A stretch of 64,000 bases of DNA, taken from Dicyema japonicum. Its lineage: Eukaryota > Animalia > Dicyemida. The stretch lies in contig RDEW01000008.1 of assembly GCA_011109175.1 (NCBI GenBank), positions 877,954-941,953 of the forward strand. The letters are read 5' to 3'. Positions 38,223-50,242 of this stretch are shown in pieces (position 1 is the first letter of the stretch; each line of letters opens with the position of its first letter). The notes under the pieces were generated by a model. That model had not been told where the DNA came from. It saw only the letters and a list, made by a program, of their open reading frames with translations, and ran no database searches. Made by a program: the position numbers and the translations under genes.

Positions 38223-39022
38223 AAGCTAGACATTCTTCACAACGGAGGTGACATTTTATAATTGATATTTTCAAAAAAAACTATATAATATATTTTATTT
38301 TGTATTATTAATAATTTCATCCAATACTATGTTTTCAGAAAAAAATATTTTTTTCGTATTTTGAACATTGACCTCGCAACTCTGGCGTGCCACAAATCTG
38401 GACTGTTACAATTAATGGTGAACCTACCCTTCCATGCTCGAACTAGTCGGTGTCCGGCGGGGACGGTTGTCAACTGTAACGCGCCTCATTGGGCACGGTT
38501 TCCGCTTGTACTTTAGTCTTTTGCGATGTACATTAAGAGTGCTTCATGAGGAGGGTTGTCTGGGCTTTTGGCTTCCCTTAGAATCTTCCTCTGTTTTTCG
38601 ACGATTCGGTTATCCGTTGAGACATAAGCTATCTCCAGTCCTGTCACTTTTGCTGAGGATAATCATATCAGGAAAAGTATATCAATTTGAATTTGTGTAG
38701 TGACGCTCATTAAAAGTATTTATCACCCATTTAACTAAAAGAAATCGAAAGATAGATATCATTAAAATTTCCACTATCTACGACGGATTTATGCGAGCGG
38801 TTGATGACCTCCGCCTACTTGTTCTGTGTGATGAGGTGATTAATCAATCATAACACATCTTTGGGAGCCATAGAGTGCGATGGTTTTTCACTGCGCCTAG
38901 GAATGGTTTTGTGCTAGCCGTTGCAGAAAGAGCTCAATGGATTACGTAAACTTAAAAAATGTCGATAATAACGTAATTCAATCGATAAACTCAGATAATT
39001 TTTGTTTTGTACATTAAGCTAG

Positions 39023-39793
39023 TTCAAATTGACACATGAAAGTAATCAGTTAACAACGTTCTCTGATGTTCCGGAGTGTGTCTACGTTAGACTACCAACG
39101 ACCTGATAGAAGAGGATGATTAGTTCGATCTGAATAACCCAGAAAGTTAGTAAAAAATTAATAAAAGCCAACCTAAAGCCGAACACTGAGAATGTCGCTG
39201 TAAGTCGGAACTAAATTAACGTATCGCTGAATCGAAATTTGTGCGTCAAAGTTCAAAATATACGCAAGCAACGTATTTATTAAAGATGAAGAAGTACTGG
39301 GCGGATTTTCTGAGTGGTATCAATATAAATGATTTTAGCTTACTCTGAAGAACTTGAATCAGAGACAACTACGGAAGTGATCTTGAAAGAGTCCACTGAG
39401 GAAATCGAGGACATGCAATTTTACCTAGAAAAATGTGATTATAAGAGGAAACTAAGCCAAATTAAACCCGATAGCTTCATAAGCTTGATAGATTCGATTG
39501 TTGGGAACTATGATAAAAGATTTTTTCCAGACTTCTTCGAATATCTTGACTACATAAAAACAGAAGTTGTTGATTTGCAGAAGTTCTTCGACCTCCATAA
39601 TCTCCACCCACTGATAGAATTATATAGCAATTCCTTTGATGACCAGCACTTAGTCAATGAGGCAAATGAATTAATTGGAATTCATAAAAGCAGGGAGATC
39701 TTTACGACAGTTCATCAATTCTGTGACTTTGAAAATTTTTATGATTCTCAGGAAAAAACTGAGATGAGCTCTGAAGCTAAAAGAAAGGCTTAA
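39023..39793 (+). CDS. Candidate host gene of unknown function with micro-introns (5' end unresolved)
   Basis: 154-codon acidic helical ORF 39329-39793 extends upstream in frame through GT-AG introns GTATCAATATAAATGATTTTAG (22 nt), GTAAGT..AAAG (39200-39251, 52 nt) and GTTAGTAAAAAATTAATAAAAG (22 nt): DLNNPETNLKPNTENVAFKIYASNVFIKDEEVLADFLSAYSEE... Confidence 0.55.
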
Positions 39794-39884
39794 TGATGTA
39801 TGCTATTTAAATTTAATATTTAATCAATAAATAAATTTTATTTTTTTTATAAATCAATAATAATTTAAAAGTTCTCATTCCTAC

Positions 39885-40190
39885 GATGTTATGGAGTTGT
39901 TAAAAGGGATCTTCCTACTTTTCTCCCTGGCCTAACCCTCTGATGAAGATTGCATTATGAAAATTATTCCGCTAAAGAATGAAGTGATGTCCGCGACGGT
40001 AGGACGTGGGACAAAAATGAAAGAGGGCGGACCTACTTCTCCACCTCTCTTCGGAAGGCTGTAATGAAGTATTGAAAGATGGATTTGGTCGGCACAAGCA
40101 GATGTTCTTTCTTTGGATCATCCTTGGATTAGTTAGTTATGACTATTTGTGTTGAACTTACAATGGTAAGCCTGGGGTTAATAATAATAA
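39885..40190 (+). mobile_element. SINE family C, headless copy
   Basis: Aligns with the reverse complement of 42085-42350 (AAAGGGATCTTCCTAC..TCTCCCTG...GACCTACTTCTC...TATTGAAAGATG). (TAA)n tail. Confidence 0.7.
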
Positions 40191-40599
40191 TGTTATGGAG
40201 TTACACTTTCTCTGCTCAGGGACTTTTATAAGAAGTCACTGACAACTTTGCCACCAATAATGAACATCGATCTAAAACATTATAAGACGCAGATGATATA
40301 GACAGCCTACGAAAATTTGCAATCTCCAGAAGAGAGTGGAGGAGTCAAACAGACCTGTCGATGTACAATCGACGGGAAGGAGATAACTTTCTTATTGCGA
40401 ATGTGCATAATAATAAGTTCACATTCTTAGAGCCATCGTAAGAAACGAAGTCGAGTGTGATTTTTAACATGAATCTTCTATTTATTTACATAACCACAAG
40501 AATTACCGAGAAAGAAAGTAATCGAACAGATTAGATGATCTCGCTTCCCTATCACTTTCGCCATTTTCATCCTGTTCTCATCAAGGGACCTCTCCTTTT

Positions 40600-40800
40600 C
40601 CGGAAGTGTCTGCGCTTGTGCGTATGCGGGAAGTCGATGGGAGAAGGATATCTCAGGAAAGATTTACCATTTAAGATCTTGACACGTTTGAATATAGTGG
40701 ATTCCCTTGTTCTTTGCAGAACTGGAGGAATCCGCGGCCATTCCTTCATATTGACGACTCAGACAATAAGTAACGAGGGTATGGTCCGTTCGAGTCTGTA
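40600..40800 (+). mobile_element. CR1/L2-type LINE 3' coding fragment
   Basis: LRKDLPFKIL...IRGHSFIL resembles the CR1/L2 RGDL..FKI...TRGH motif. Confidence 0.45.
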
Positions 40801-40879
40801 AAAGGCGTAGAATATTCTCATGTGGACTACTACAACTAGATAAGAGTACCCAGTTTCCACTGTTACGGAAACAGAGTCC

Positions 40880-42080
40880 TTTAATTTAAATTGCGCATGT
40901 CTAAATGAAGTCTTGTGACTGCATATCTTAAAGTTCGATCGCATCGAGAAAATTATATTGCCTTTGGTTTCACATGGACTGGGGACATGGATTCCCTCTA
41001 CCACTGTGCTGTGTGTAGTGAAAAACTTGCGAATAGTGCTATGGCTCCAACGAAACTTAGACGTCATTTTTCCACCAAGCACCCTGAACTTTCAAAGAAT
41101 AAAAATAATATTTTATGCGGAAATTAAACCAGAATAAAGTTCAAGCATCCTGTTTTACAAAAAATCAAAATAAACGAAAAAGCACTGCATGCTAGTTTTT
41201 CTGTTGCTGAGATTGCATCTAAAAAGTATGAAATCGCATACTCTCGCCAAACTGTTATTTTGCCTGCATGCAAAGAAGTAGTGAAAATAATGTTCAGAGA
41301 AATTGCTGCCTCTGAGATCGACTTAATTCCTATTTCTAATAATTATGTGAGCAGAATCAAGGATATGTCTGATGACATTGAAACCACTTTGGTTCAGCGA
41401 ATAAAAATCTGTGTTTTTTACGGTTCAAGTGGATGAAAGCTCAGATATTACAGGAAGAATGCAACTCTTTGTTTTCGTTCGATATTTGAACGATGAATCT
41501 ATTGTTGAGGATTTTCTTTGCTGCAAATAGTTGATCGGAACAACAAAGGGACATGACATTTTCAATCTTATAAATTCATATTTTGAGGATATAAAGTTGG
41601 ATTGGAATGCATGTGTGGGTATCTGCACTGAAGGTGCTCCATCAATGACTGAGCAATTTAAAAACTGTTTCTTTGTCAAAAACAAGAATCCGAACATTTT
41701 TCATTTATTTTCCATCCATATCAGTTGAACTCAATGATTAAGTGAGGAATTCTTTTGCTGAGTACGAAATAACTGGAAACGAGCTATCACTAAAAGAGGA
41801 AGAACTTGCGTTTGTTTCAAGTGACAGAACGTTAAAAATGGAAAATTTGCAGAATGATATTGATTTGTTTTGGCTGATTGTAGAAGACCTGCGTTTATCT
41901 CTGTCAAGGACATACTACAGAGCTATGGTAGAGACATCAGCCTCAACCATCTCTCTCAGTAGCATTTTATTTTTTTAAATTAGTAAAATACTGATAATTC
42001 TTAAAAACTATATAAGGGTTACGTGTAAAATAAAAAATGTCGATAGGGTTCCGTGCTCTCAAAAAGGTTGGGAACCACTA
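40880..42080 (+). mobile_element. hAT (Buster/ZBED5/8-like) transposase pseudogene, left end missing
   Basis: YIAFGFT...HCAVCSEKLANSAMAPTKLRRHFSTKH (BED finger), QVDESSDI...QLFVFVRY, CVGICTEGAPSM. Right TIR AGGTTGGGAACCACT as at 17771-17785. Confidence 0.9.
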
Positions 42081-42084
42081 TTCT

Positions 42085-42470
42085 AACCCAACAATATTCT
42101 ACCATAAGGTAAATTCAAATAGTCATTCAGGAAGGAACCTAAGGGAGAATATTTGCTTTTACCGACTAAACACATCTTTCAATAGTACATTATAGGCTTC
42201 TGCTTCAGAAGAGAAGTAGGTCTGCATTCTTCCATCGTCATCACAAGTCTACTATCGCGGAATCGATTCATTCTTAAGCGGCATAGTTTTAATAATATAA
42301 TCTTACTAGATGATGTAGTCAGGGAGAAGGTAGGAAGATCCCTTTCTACTACTGTGTCATGTCAGAAAGACTCGTCGCCTAACGTTGGATATGTTCGACA
42401 AGATTCGAACCCACGATCTACAGATCTGATGGCATCAGACGTTACGTTCAGCTAGAAGGCCAATAAGGAA
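42085..42470 (-). mobile_element. SINE family C with tRNA-derived head
   Basis: Minus strand GGCCTTCTAGCTGAACG...GTGGGTTCGAATC (A and B boxes), then the body shared with 39885-40190. Confidence 0.7.
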
Positions 42471-42769
42471 ATAGACATTATTAGAGAGGGGTCAACCACT
42501 CATCCAAAAAAATTATAGTTAGATTTATTAATTAATGTAAGATTTTGACTAATTTTGATTAATTTAATACCTATTTATTATTAAAAATTGTTGTACAATA
42601 TGGCGAACCTTTTAATACATTTATATATTATTAGGCGTGTGTTACCACGTTGTTGTGGTGCTTCGTTGTGTTATGCTTAGTCTATATTATTTTTGTATTG
42701 TCATACATTTTCTTCTTTAATATATTATTGGATTCATCAAATAGAGTTGAAGGCTGTTATCAAAACGTC

Positions 42770-43105
42770 TAATATATATTTTGTATTTTGGTATCCCTTA
42801 AATATGGATTATTCTTCACTATTTGATTTGTCCCTATTTATATTCTCTCCTCTATATTTCTTTTTCTCTCCAGTCAATAATTCATCTAGCTGTCCCAATT
42901 CACTGAAAATCTTAATTTTTTAATTGCTTCTCGTGTTAATTCCACACCAACCATATTTTATGTCACCGTCCGTTGAAGGTACTCTTGACTAATTCTGTTC
43001 TCTGATCCATAAAATTTCTTCTAATTTGTTGGCCACCTCTCTTCCACTTTTATTAAGTATATTTCTTGTGAATGCATATTTTGATAATATGTCTACTACC
43101 TTTTT
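42770..43105 (-). mobile_element. rve-type integrase fragment
   Basis: VVDILSKYAFTRNILNKSGREVANKLEEIL. Confidence 0.55.
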
Positions 43106-43215
43106 GTCCTTTTTTAGACTATCCAGTCCCGCAATGAATGTCCACTGATGACGGCGTCACTCGTCAAACATTTTTTTGCCCCGTAGATGCGTGGAACCTT
43201 CCTCTAGGTGAAGAG
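43105..43215 (-). mobile_element. SINE family B internal fragment
   Basis: Reverse complement TTCACCTAGAGGAAGGTTCCACGCATCTACG...GTTTGACGAGTGACGCCGTCATCAGTGGAC. Confidence 0.75.
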
Positions 43216-45499
43216 CATTCCTCCCTTGATTAACTATTATAACTGTTTTTTGCTTAAAATAAAGTGTGTTTTCTGTCTTTGGGGAGCGATAACTGATATG
43301 GATAAATAATAAACTTCTAACCTTTTAAGACCAATCAGATCAATTTGGAATCTCACATTAAGCAAATCAGCCAACAAAATATATACAATTTTTTACAACT
43401 TTACGAAAAAGTTAAATTCTTTTAAATTTGTAATAAATAAAAATTTAGTCAAAAATAACTTTGATAGAATCGAAAATGTTTTATATTTATAGCAGCATTT
43501 CTTGTTTTTTGCTCATGATCATATTGGCAAAAATGATTTTGAAATTTATTTCCAAAGACCACAGTTAAAGACAAAAAGAAATTATGTGATCCCGTCGAAT
43601 TTCAACAAAGATGTCAGCTTGGCCTGGTGGTATTACCTAGATCCAACACAAGCAGGCAGTGGACAATCATTTATTCACTTTTTCAGTAATAAATTGTTCG
43701 ATTAACACGAAAAAAAGCCAATTGTCTGAAGAACAATGGAGCACTGATCTCAGCATTAAAAGGGCTTTCAGGAACTTGAAGTTGAGTTGAAGCACCGTTT
43801 ATAGTGTCCAAAAGTGTTTTTACAAATTTTAATTTCGTTGGACAGGGATATGACGTTGTTAAGATGTTTATTAAATGTCACGAGTGGAAGTAGTGATAAC
43901 AGTAACATGAAAGAGTTTGTGGAGGGGATTAGATCTCAATTAAAGGTTGAGGCGTGCAGAGTTTGTTACTTGAAGTAAATATCACTGTGCAAGACTTTCA
44001 TGGGTTGTGTACAATAGGTTCTCTAAGCAAACTTCTCAGGTGGTCTAGTAAATCTTGTGAGCGGGAACCCAAGCAAGAGAAGTTTTTCGAGAATAGACAA
44101 CCTAGGGTAAATTTATTATCAGACTAATTAATTTTCGATTTATGTATACAATTAAAGAGAAGGAAAGTGGCCAAGTAGCTAAAGAGTCAATTGTAGCACC
44201 ATTCTTAATGCTGATCTCCATATAAAGGAAACAGTTGTCAGGGTCCCATATAAAGGCTGAAGGGTCAATTGGTGACATTGTTCCATTTTAGACTGTTGTC
44301 CATATAAAAGAAATGACTTCAGGGTCCCATAAAAGTAAAAGAGAAAATACTTTTTTAATAAAAAATAAAATAATTTTTATTTTTATCTTCAAATTGGATT
44401 TCTACACGATATATGACAATTTGCTCTTTTTTATTCCTAAATGAATTACTTTTCTTTAATTTAACGTTCATGAAGGGCAGTTTTGATTTAATTGACAAAA
44501 ATTACTTTATTCACGAATGAACTAAATTTTCGAACAATGAGACAGACTAATGTCAAAAAACACCGTGGAAAGTAATATAGAAACAAAACCTATGTGACAA
44601 GTGTTTAACTCCAGAGATGGACGATCTTGGCCAGCGAAGTCACCTATGGTTAAACCTACGTTGGCGTAGTGCAAGAGAACTAGGGGAACAGTCGCCTAAC
44701 CTCTCTGAGAGAGTGTCAAGCTAGTTGATATCATAGCTGAAGGAAATATGCACAATATCGAAAATGAATTCAGAGGAAGTGGTGGCCCTTGCCATGGAGG
44801 GATCATCCCCGAAAGTTTGCTAATCAGAAGATTAAAAATAGTGTCTTAGTTATAAAACAGGAATTCTAATTCGATTTGGCCAAGAGAGATTGCGTCTGGA
44901 GCGCTTGTTCGAAACCTGTAGATTTGAATTTCTTAGAGCGGAAGATCCAAACCGTTTCTTCCATAATGGCGGTGACAAACTAGGAGTTTTCGTTGTTTTT
45001 TGTTACTTACGAATGTGTGGATATGCCTAGAACCGTATCTCAGAGATAATCGAGGGGATTGTTTCAAAATATTATGAAACATGTAGAAGATACTAATTTC
45101 TTGTTATCCCAGCAATGGGGTTTCGTTCGAAGGCCCTGTGCATACTGTTTCTACCAATTGAATTTAGAGATTGTGAAGGTTAACTATGGAATCCTGTTCT
45201 ATGCAAGCTACACGTCTATAAGGATACATTTCTATTCATCTTACGGAATAATTCTACTCAATTTAATTTATGGAAACGGGGGGTGGTATTTCATCTTCGA
45301 AGAAGGATAGAATAATGTCTCTATTGGAGAAAACAAGAAGAGTTGCCATAGAGAGGTTATACGATGATCTATGTGAGGAAGAGGATAAACTGATTAATTG
45401 CGTGGTGGAAGAAAGGATCAATGGTTTCATGACAAGAACCAATATCCAGCACTTTAAAGTAAAGGAAAAGTAAGTCAAGATAACTAGAATTTTGGACAT

Positions 45500-45720
45500 T
45501 CGTAGTACAGTTGATAGAGTCGTTGTACATTCTTGATAGATGACCCGTGCCTGAGGTCCAAGGTGTTTGAGGTGAATAGTGCAAATACCGTCGGGACCAC
45601 AAGTACGAGTGGGACGTAGCAATTTAATAGCCTTGCCAACTCTCTAGAAAATGAGGGGAATCTATGGAGAATGAGATCGTCTCCGTTTTTACCAATTCTG
45701 TTGGATCTTCGAGGACCCCG
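45500..45720 (-). mobile_element. LINE fragment (pre-RT GPDG region)
   Basis: TCGPDGICTIHLKHLGPQA. Confidence 0.6.
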
Positions 45721-46087
45721 AACGAGAGCCAGAATTCGGAAAGCCGGGATACTTAGTTAGTAGTTAACTTTTAACTTTTTCTAATCCGGTGATCTTGGGA
45801 TAAAAAAATAAAAAGCTCTTGGAAACAATGTCTGATCCTTTTCCACAATATAAAAACAATTTGTCGGGTTTGCATTGACATATGCGAGTGCTACGTGGTC
45901 AATGGTTATTTCCCGTACCTTAGTTAATATATTAACCAAAATCGATGAAACTTAAACAGAACAATCGTATCTAATTACGAGTCTATGACCCTTGAAGTAT
46001 CAACATAAACGAAAATATATATCACGGTTAGAATAATATGCTGCTCCATTTACGAGATTTTTTTTTCAAATACTTCAGAAATCACCC

Positions 46088-46405
46088 AGCCGGATGGCAT
46101 TGTGGTTAGGTGTCGGGCTAAAGTGACTTAGGTTACGGGTTCGATTCTCGCTGCTGTTCACCTGGTGGAAGGTTCCACGCATCTACGATGCTAAAAGGCT
46201 TGACGAGTGATCTGTCATCAGTGGACTCTCACTGCGGAACTGGATTGTCAAAAAAGGACCCACACACAAGAAAAAGAAAATATAAGTGAAGATCATTCCT
46301 TGGTTCTACGAATAGTTAAAATTAACTGTTCTTTACTTAAATAAGTGTGTGTCCTGCCTATGCGGAGCTAATACCACGGCTCCTTGAAAAAGGCTGTTTT
46401 TATTA
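46088..46405 (+). mobile_element. SINE family B, full length
   Basis: Closely similar to 37904-38222. 14-bp TSD TTCAGAAATCACCC / TTCAAAAATCACCC. Confidence 0.92.
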
Positions 46406-47149
46406 TTCAAAAATCACCCGTGATTCGAAAGGACTTATGGACAGCGGTTCAAGAAATCAAAATAGTGAGACTATCCCATGTTGTTGAAATGAATAAGATT
46501 TTTTAATCTATCGGATAGTTTCCTAAACTTAACACAGATAAATTTTCATAGAACACTAAAAATTTATCTTTTAACCTCCAATTCATCATACTGTAATGAG
46601 TATGATCTACAATTTATTCTTAATAGTGAAAATTAGGTCACTGTTGAAGTGATATACCTGTACTTTTCTATTATTATGTTTTCTGGCGACTCCTAATACG
46701 TCATTCTGTAACATCAAGAAATAGAATTGAGCTCACATTTGTCCCCCTTTATTTGGATACCATGAATAATCTTATTCTGAACTAAAAATATTTATGTCAC
46801 CATCAGAACACAGAACTATTTGTAAGGACTTGTCAATTAACGACTACGCAAATCAGAAATCGCAATTAATAGAGGAGAAAGAGTCACTTGCAATTCTGAT
46901 ATCATTGATGTCCTAGAAAACAAAATCCAGGTCATCCGCATATATTAATTCTTAGATTGAAGTGGAAAATTTTAAGCTCTCAAAAACTTATAGAATCCAA
47001 TAGAAATACAAGAAGATATATCTGGAGTGCAGTTAGGTCGCTGGGAAGAATTCGAAGAGTATTCGAGAGATGTTGGAGGCTGGGATCACCAAATCATCGA
47101 GTTAACACTTTCTTGGTAGTCTAGGGTTTTAAATAAATAATTAAATCTT

Positions 47150-47520
47150 CAAAGGATACTAACCTGATCTCTCTTGGACCTTGACCCTGAAGAACATAAT
47201 CGTGTACGGGGATTTCAATGACAGGAATCCAGTATAATCTATCGATGGTAAATTGTATAAACGAGGAGAGATGTCTCGTCAGAGATTTAAATCCTAGTCC
47301 TCCTAAGTGACCCTCTCCAAAAGGTATGCACAGTTTTAAGAAAAAACGAATCTAACACCACTCCCAGATATCTCCATTTGCTCTCCGAACATCTTTCTCT
47401 AGATTTCCTGGTCGGTGGTGTATAATTTTACTTCAGACCACAACCCAATATTATGGTAGGTCGAAGATTCAATCGAAGTTGAATAAAAAAAAACCTTTAT
47501 TAATTACAAACGCTGATTGT
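47150..47520 (+). mobile_element. LINE apurinic endonuclease fragment
   Basis: IIVYGDFN and FTSDHNPI motifs. Confidence 0.65.
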
Positions 47521-48639
47521 GATCAAAATTCAAACAAGAATTTAAATGATGCTTTTTAGACATTTCAGTCAAAAATTTACACTCGGTTGGTTCCACAATG
47601 AATATCTCATTATTAGAGCGATTTTAGTCAAGATTAACAAGACCAAAGAATACACTAATTTACTCACTAAAGGCGATAGCTAAATTTTTAAGAATTTCTA
47701 ATCCTTATTATAAATTACATTGTGGTGGTACGTTACTGATATGGACATCATGCCCTTTCTTGTCGAGGAGGTGCAGGACGATATCCACACATGAGGCAAT
47801 CAACGGAATTGTTAAACGTGCACCTGAGTCTGTTGGAAATCCTCGATACTTGAACCGGCTGGCTTGGACAGAGGAGATGTATCAACGAGGAGCTATTAAT
47901 CCCTCAGAATCGATTTTTGATATACAGATTTTGATTCTTTTCTAGTCGATTTCCTGAAACAAAATCAACAATATATGATATTTTTTTAGTTAGAAATTAA
48001 ATATTTAAATAATAATTATTTTAAATAATTTAAATAATATAGCGTGGAACTTTTAGGTGGGACCTGATAAAAAGTAAGTAAATATAAAGAGAATTAATTG
48101 TCAGTTTGTTTCATTTAAATTGCAAGGGATCCAATCAAAACCCCGGTATTTTGCAATATGGGATGGATTATTCTATCTAGTTTGAAGATATTTCTCTTAT
48201 TTTAGAACACGTAAAAGAAAAGCATCGGCATTTACTGCGGAAGGATATTGAATTTTTTAAAAAATTAAAGCAAAACTAATAAGGGTAAATGTAACTTCAT
48301 TAGTAATTACCTACTGATTCTAAAAATTATTAAGGTTTTTTTATATTCATAAAGTGCAAAAAGTGTCACTTATAACGTTTTTTTATTTTAATTATTTAGG
48401 TAATCCTAGTTCTATGTTCAGATTATTGTAATTCCCTCTGTATAGTTGTTGATACAACATATCCTGAATTAATAGCTATTCTTCCCCCTATAGCCATGAT
48501 TATCCATGTATGAAAACCCTAAACAAAAGTAAAATTATTATAACAACAAGTCTTTCTGTACGAAGTTTTAGAAAACACTGGACTACCTATATGGATTAAT
48601 ACGTTTATAAAAAACTTATAAAATGTGGACACTCCAACT

Positions 48640-49770
48640 TAAATTTAATGGAAATTTGGTCGGTGTGGTGAATCTAAGAAGGGGAATATTACAAGGAGAT
48701 TTCTATCATTGAATTGAACCAGATGAGTTTGAGGCAATTGGCAAGTGTATACGTAGTGAACTTATAAATGGTCGGATTCACTTAACCAGCAAATAAAGAA
48801 AGATTGTAATTACAGCGAGATTTTCTTGGGAAAGGATTGACTTCTGTTGTATATAAAAGTGAACGAATACTACATTTTTACAATGACCTGGAACACAAAG
48901 CCAACAAATGTATGAGGAGAGCGGGAACCTACGGACCTTGAATGCAAAGAAAAATCATATGGCTACAATCGTAGGATTCCTAGCTGGAAATTATCGCTTA
49001 GAGACAAGGGACTTTAATATAAAACAGCTGAAGGATGCACAACAAATGGAGCCATTAGAAAAGATAAAAAGAAAACCTCTACATGCTATGATGTTCAATT
49101 CAACAGAAGATCAAAATGTTGATATTAAACAATCTGGCCAATGGTTAGTTACGGGGAACTACTCTCAAGGACGGAGGGATGCGATGTTATGTCCAGGATC
49201 GTAATGTTTTCTTTGAGGAGAGGTGCAAAAGCAGCCATTGCAATTCAGCAAAAAAACAGTGGATCATCTGGCGACAGGATGTAGATGAATGCTCAATAGT
49301 GACTATCTACGTCATCATAATGAGGTCGTAAGGTGCATACACTTACACCTGTGCAAGCAATATGGAATAAAGAAATCGAAAAGACTAAAGACTAATTCAA
49401 TATTAACAACGGGTGTAACTGAATTCGTGGAAATTCGCGTTGATATAACAATAGCTACTGATGCGAGAATTTATAACAACAAGCGGATATTTTCGTATAT
49501 GACAAATTAAGAATACACTAACGCTAATAGAAGTGGGAATAACCTCCTAGGAATCTTTGAAACATGTCGAAGTAGAGAAAGACGCAAGTGAGCTGGGGAT
49601 AATACACAAAGTGAAAATGCATGTGGTCCCAGTAGTCCTTGCTTGGGATGGAGTCGTGAGCAATTACTATAAACACACTTGAGGCATCTAAAATTGGAAT
49701 GCTTTGTAGGAACCAACATGCAGACAGTAACGATCAAAAAAACGATGGAAAGCGTTTTGGGCGGTCACGA
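48640..49770 (+). mobile_element. R4/Dong-like RLE retrotransposon, decayed
   Basis: LRRGILQGD; KIKRKPLHA; KTVDHLATGC..MLNSDYLRHHNEVVRCIHLHLCKQYGIKK; IEVGIT; VVLAWDG. Confidence 0.85.
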
Positions 49771-50050
49771 TTGCATGTCGAAGTACTTGTCGAAATGATA
49801 ATCCTTGATAATTCCTAATATTTTGGAGTAAATTACACCAATTGTTATCCAACCACTGAAAGTGTACAAATCAATGCATAATAATTGACATTCTCTTCTA
49901 TAATTCTTAATCGCATTTTAATACTCTTTTTGTAGAAAATAGTGGTACCTGTACCAGCTATGGCACAGGAACGCTATGAAATATTAACCTAATTATTACC
50001 CGGAAATTAAAATTCCAGTATTTTTCATCTTCGTTTCATTAATAATAAAT

Positions 50051-50199
50051 ACATCCATTAACATTGCTGGTAAAGGCTACCAGCTCCGCCCGCTTCCTAA
50101 GAGAGCGGGCATTAACCAGAGTAATTCTGGTCATATCTGATTTATTTGGTGGCTGTCCTCTCTTCTTAGGAGCGCCACCAGGCCAAGTAAAAACTTGGC
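50051..50199 (+). ncRNA. Candidate structured RNA (five hairpins, Sm-like site), identity unknown
   Basis: Stems 50066-84, 50088-110, 50115-131, 50147-180, 50182-199. ATTTATTTG between stems 3 and 4. G-U extensions favour the plus strand. Confidence 0.45.
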
Positions 50200-50242
50200 A
50201 TTCTTCTTCGTTTTTGTCATGTTTTTAATATTTTAGATAATA

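Noticed and set aside
41370-41387. Minimal hammerhead-like CTGATGA-CATT-GAAA
   Set aside because: Lies in hAT coding sequence (MSDDIET) and lacks flanking stems I and III.
43143-43170. CTGATGA in the antisense SINE B core as a hammerhead ribozyme
   Set aside because: Stem II is followed by CAAA rather than GAAA, and no stem III or cleavage triplet is evident.
50066-50084. Minus-strand GCCTTTAC as U5 loop I
   Set aside because: One U short, no long U5 stem I, and no Sm site downstream on that strand.
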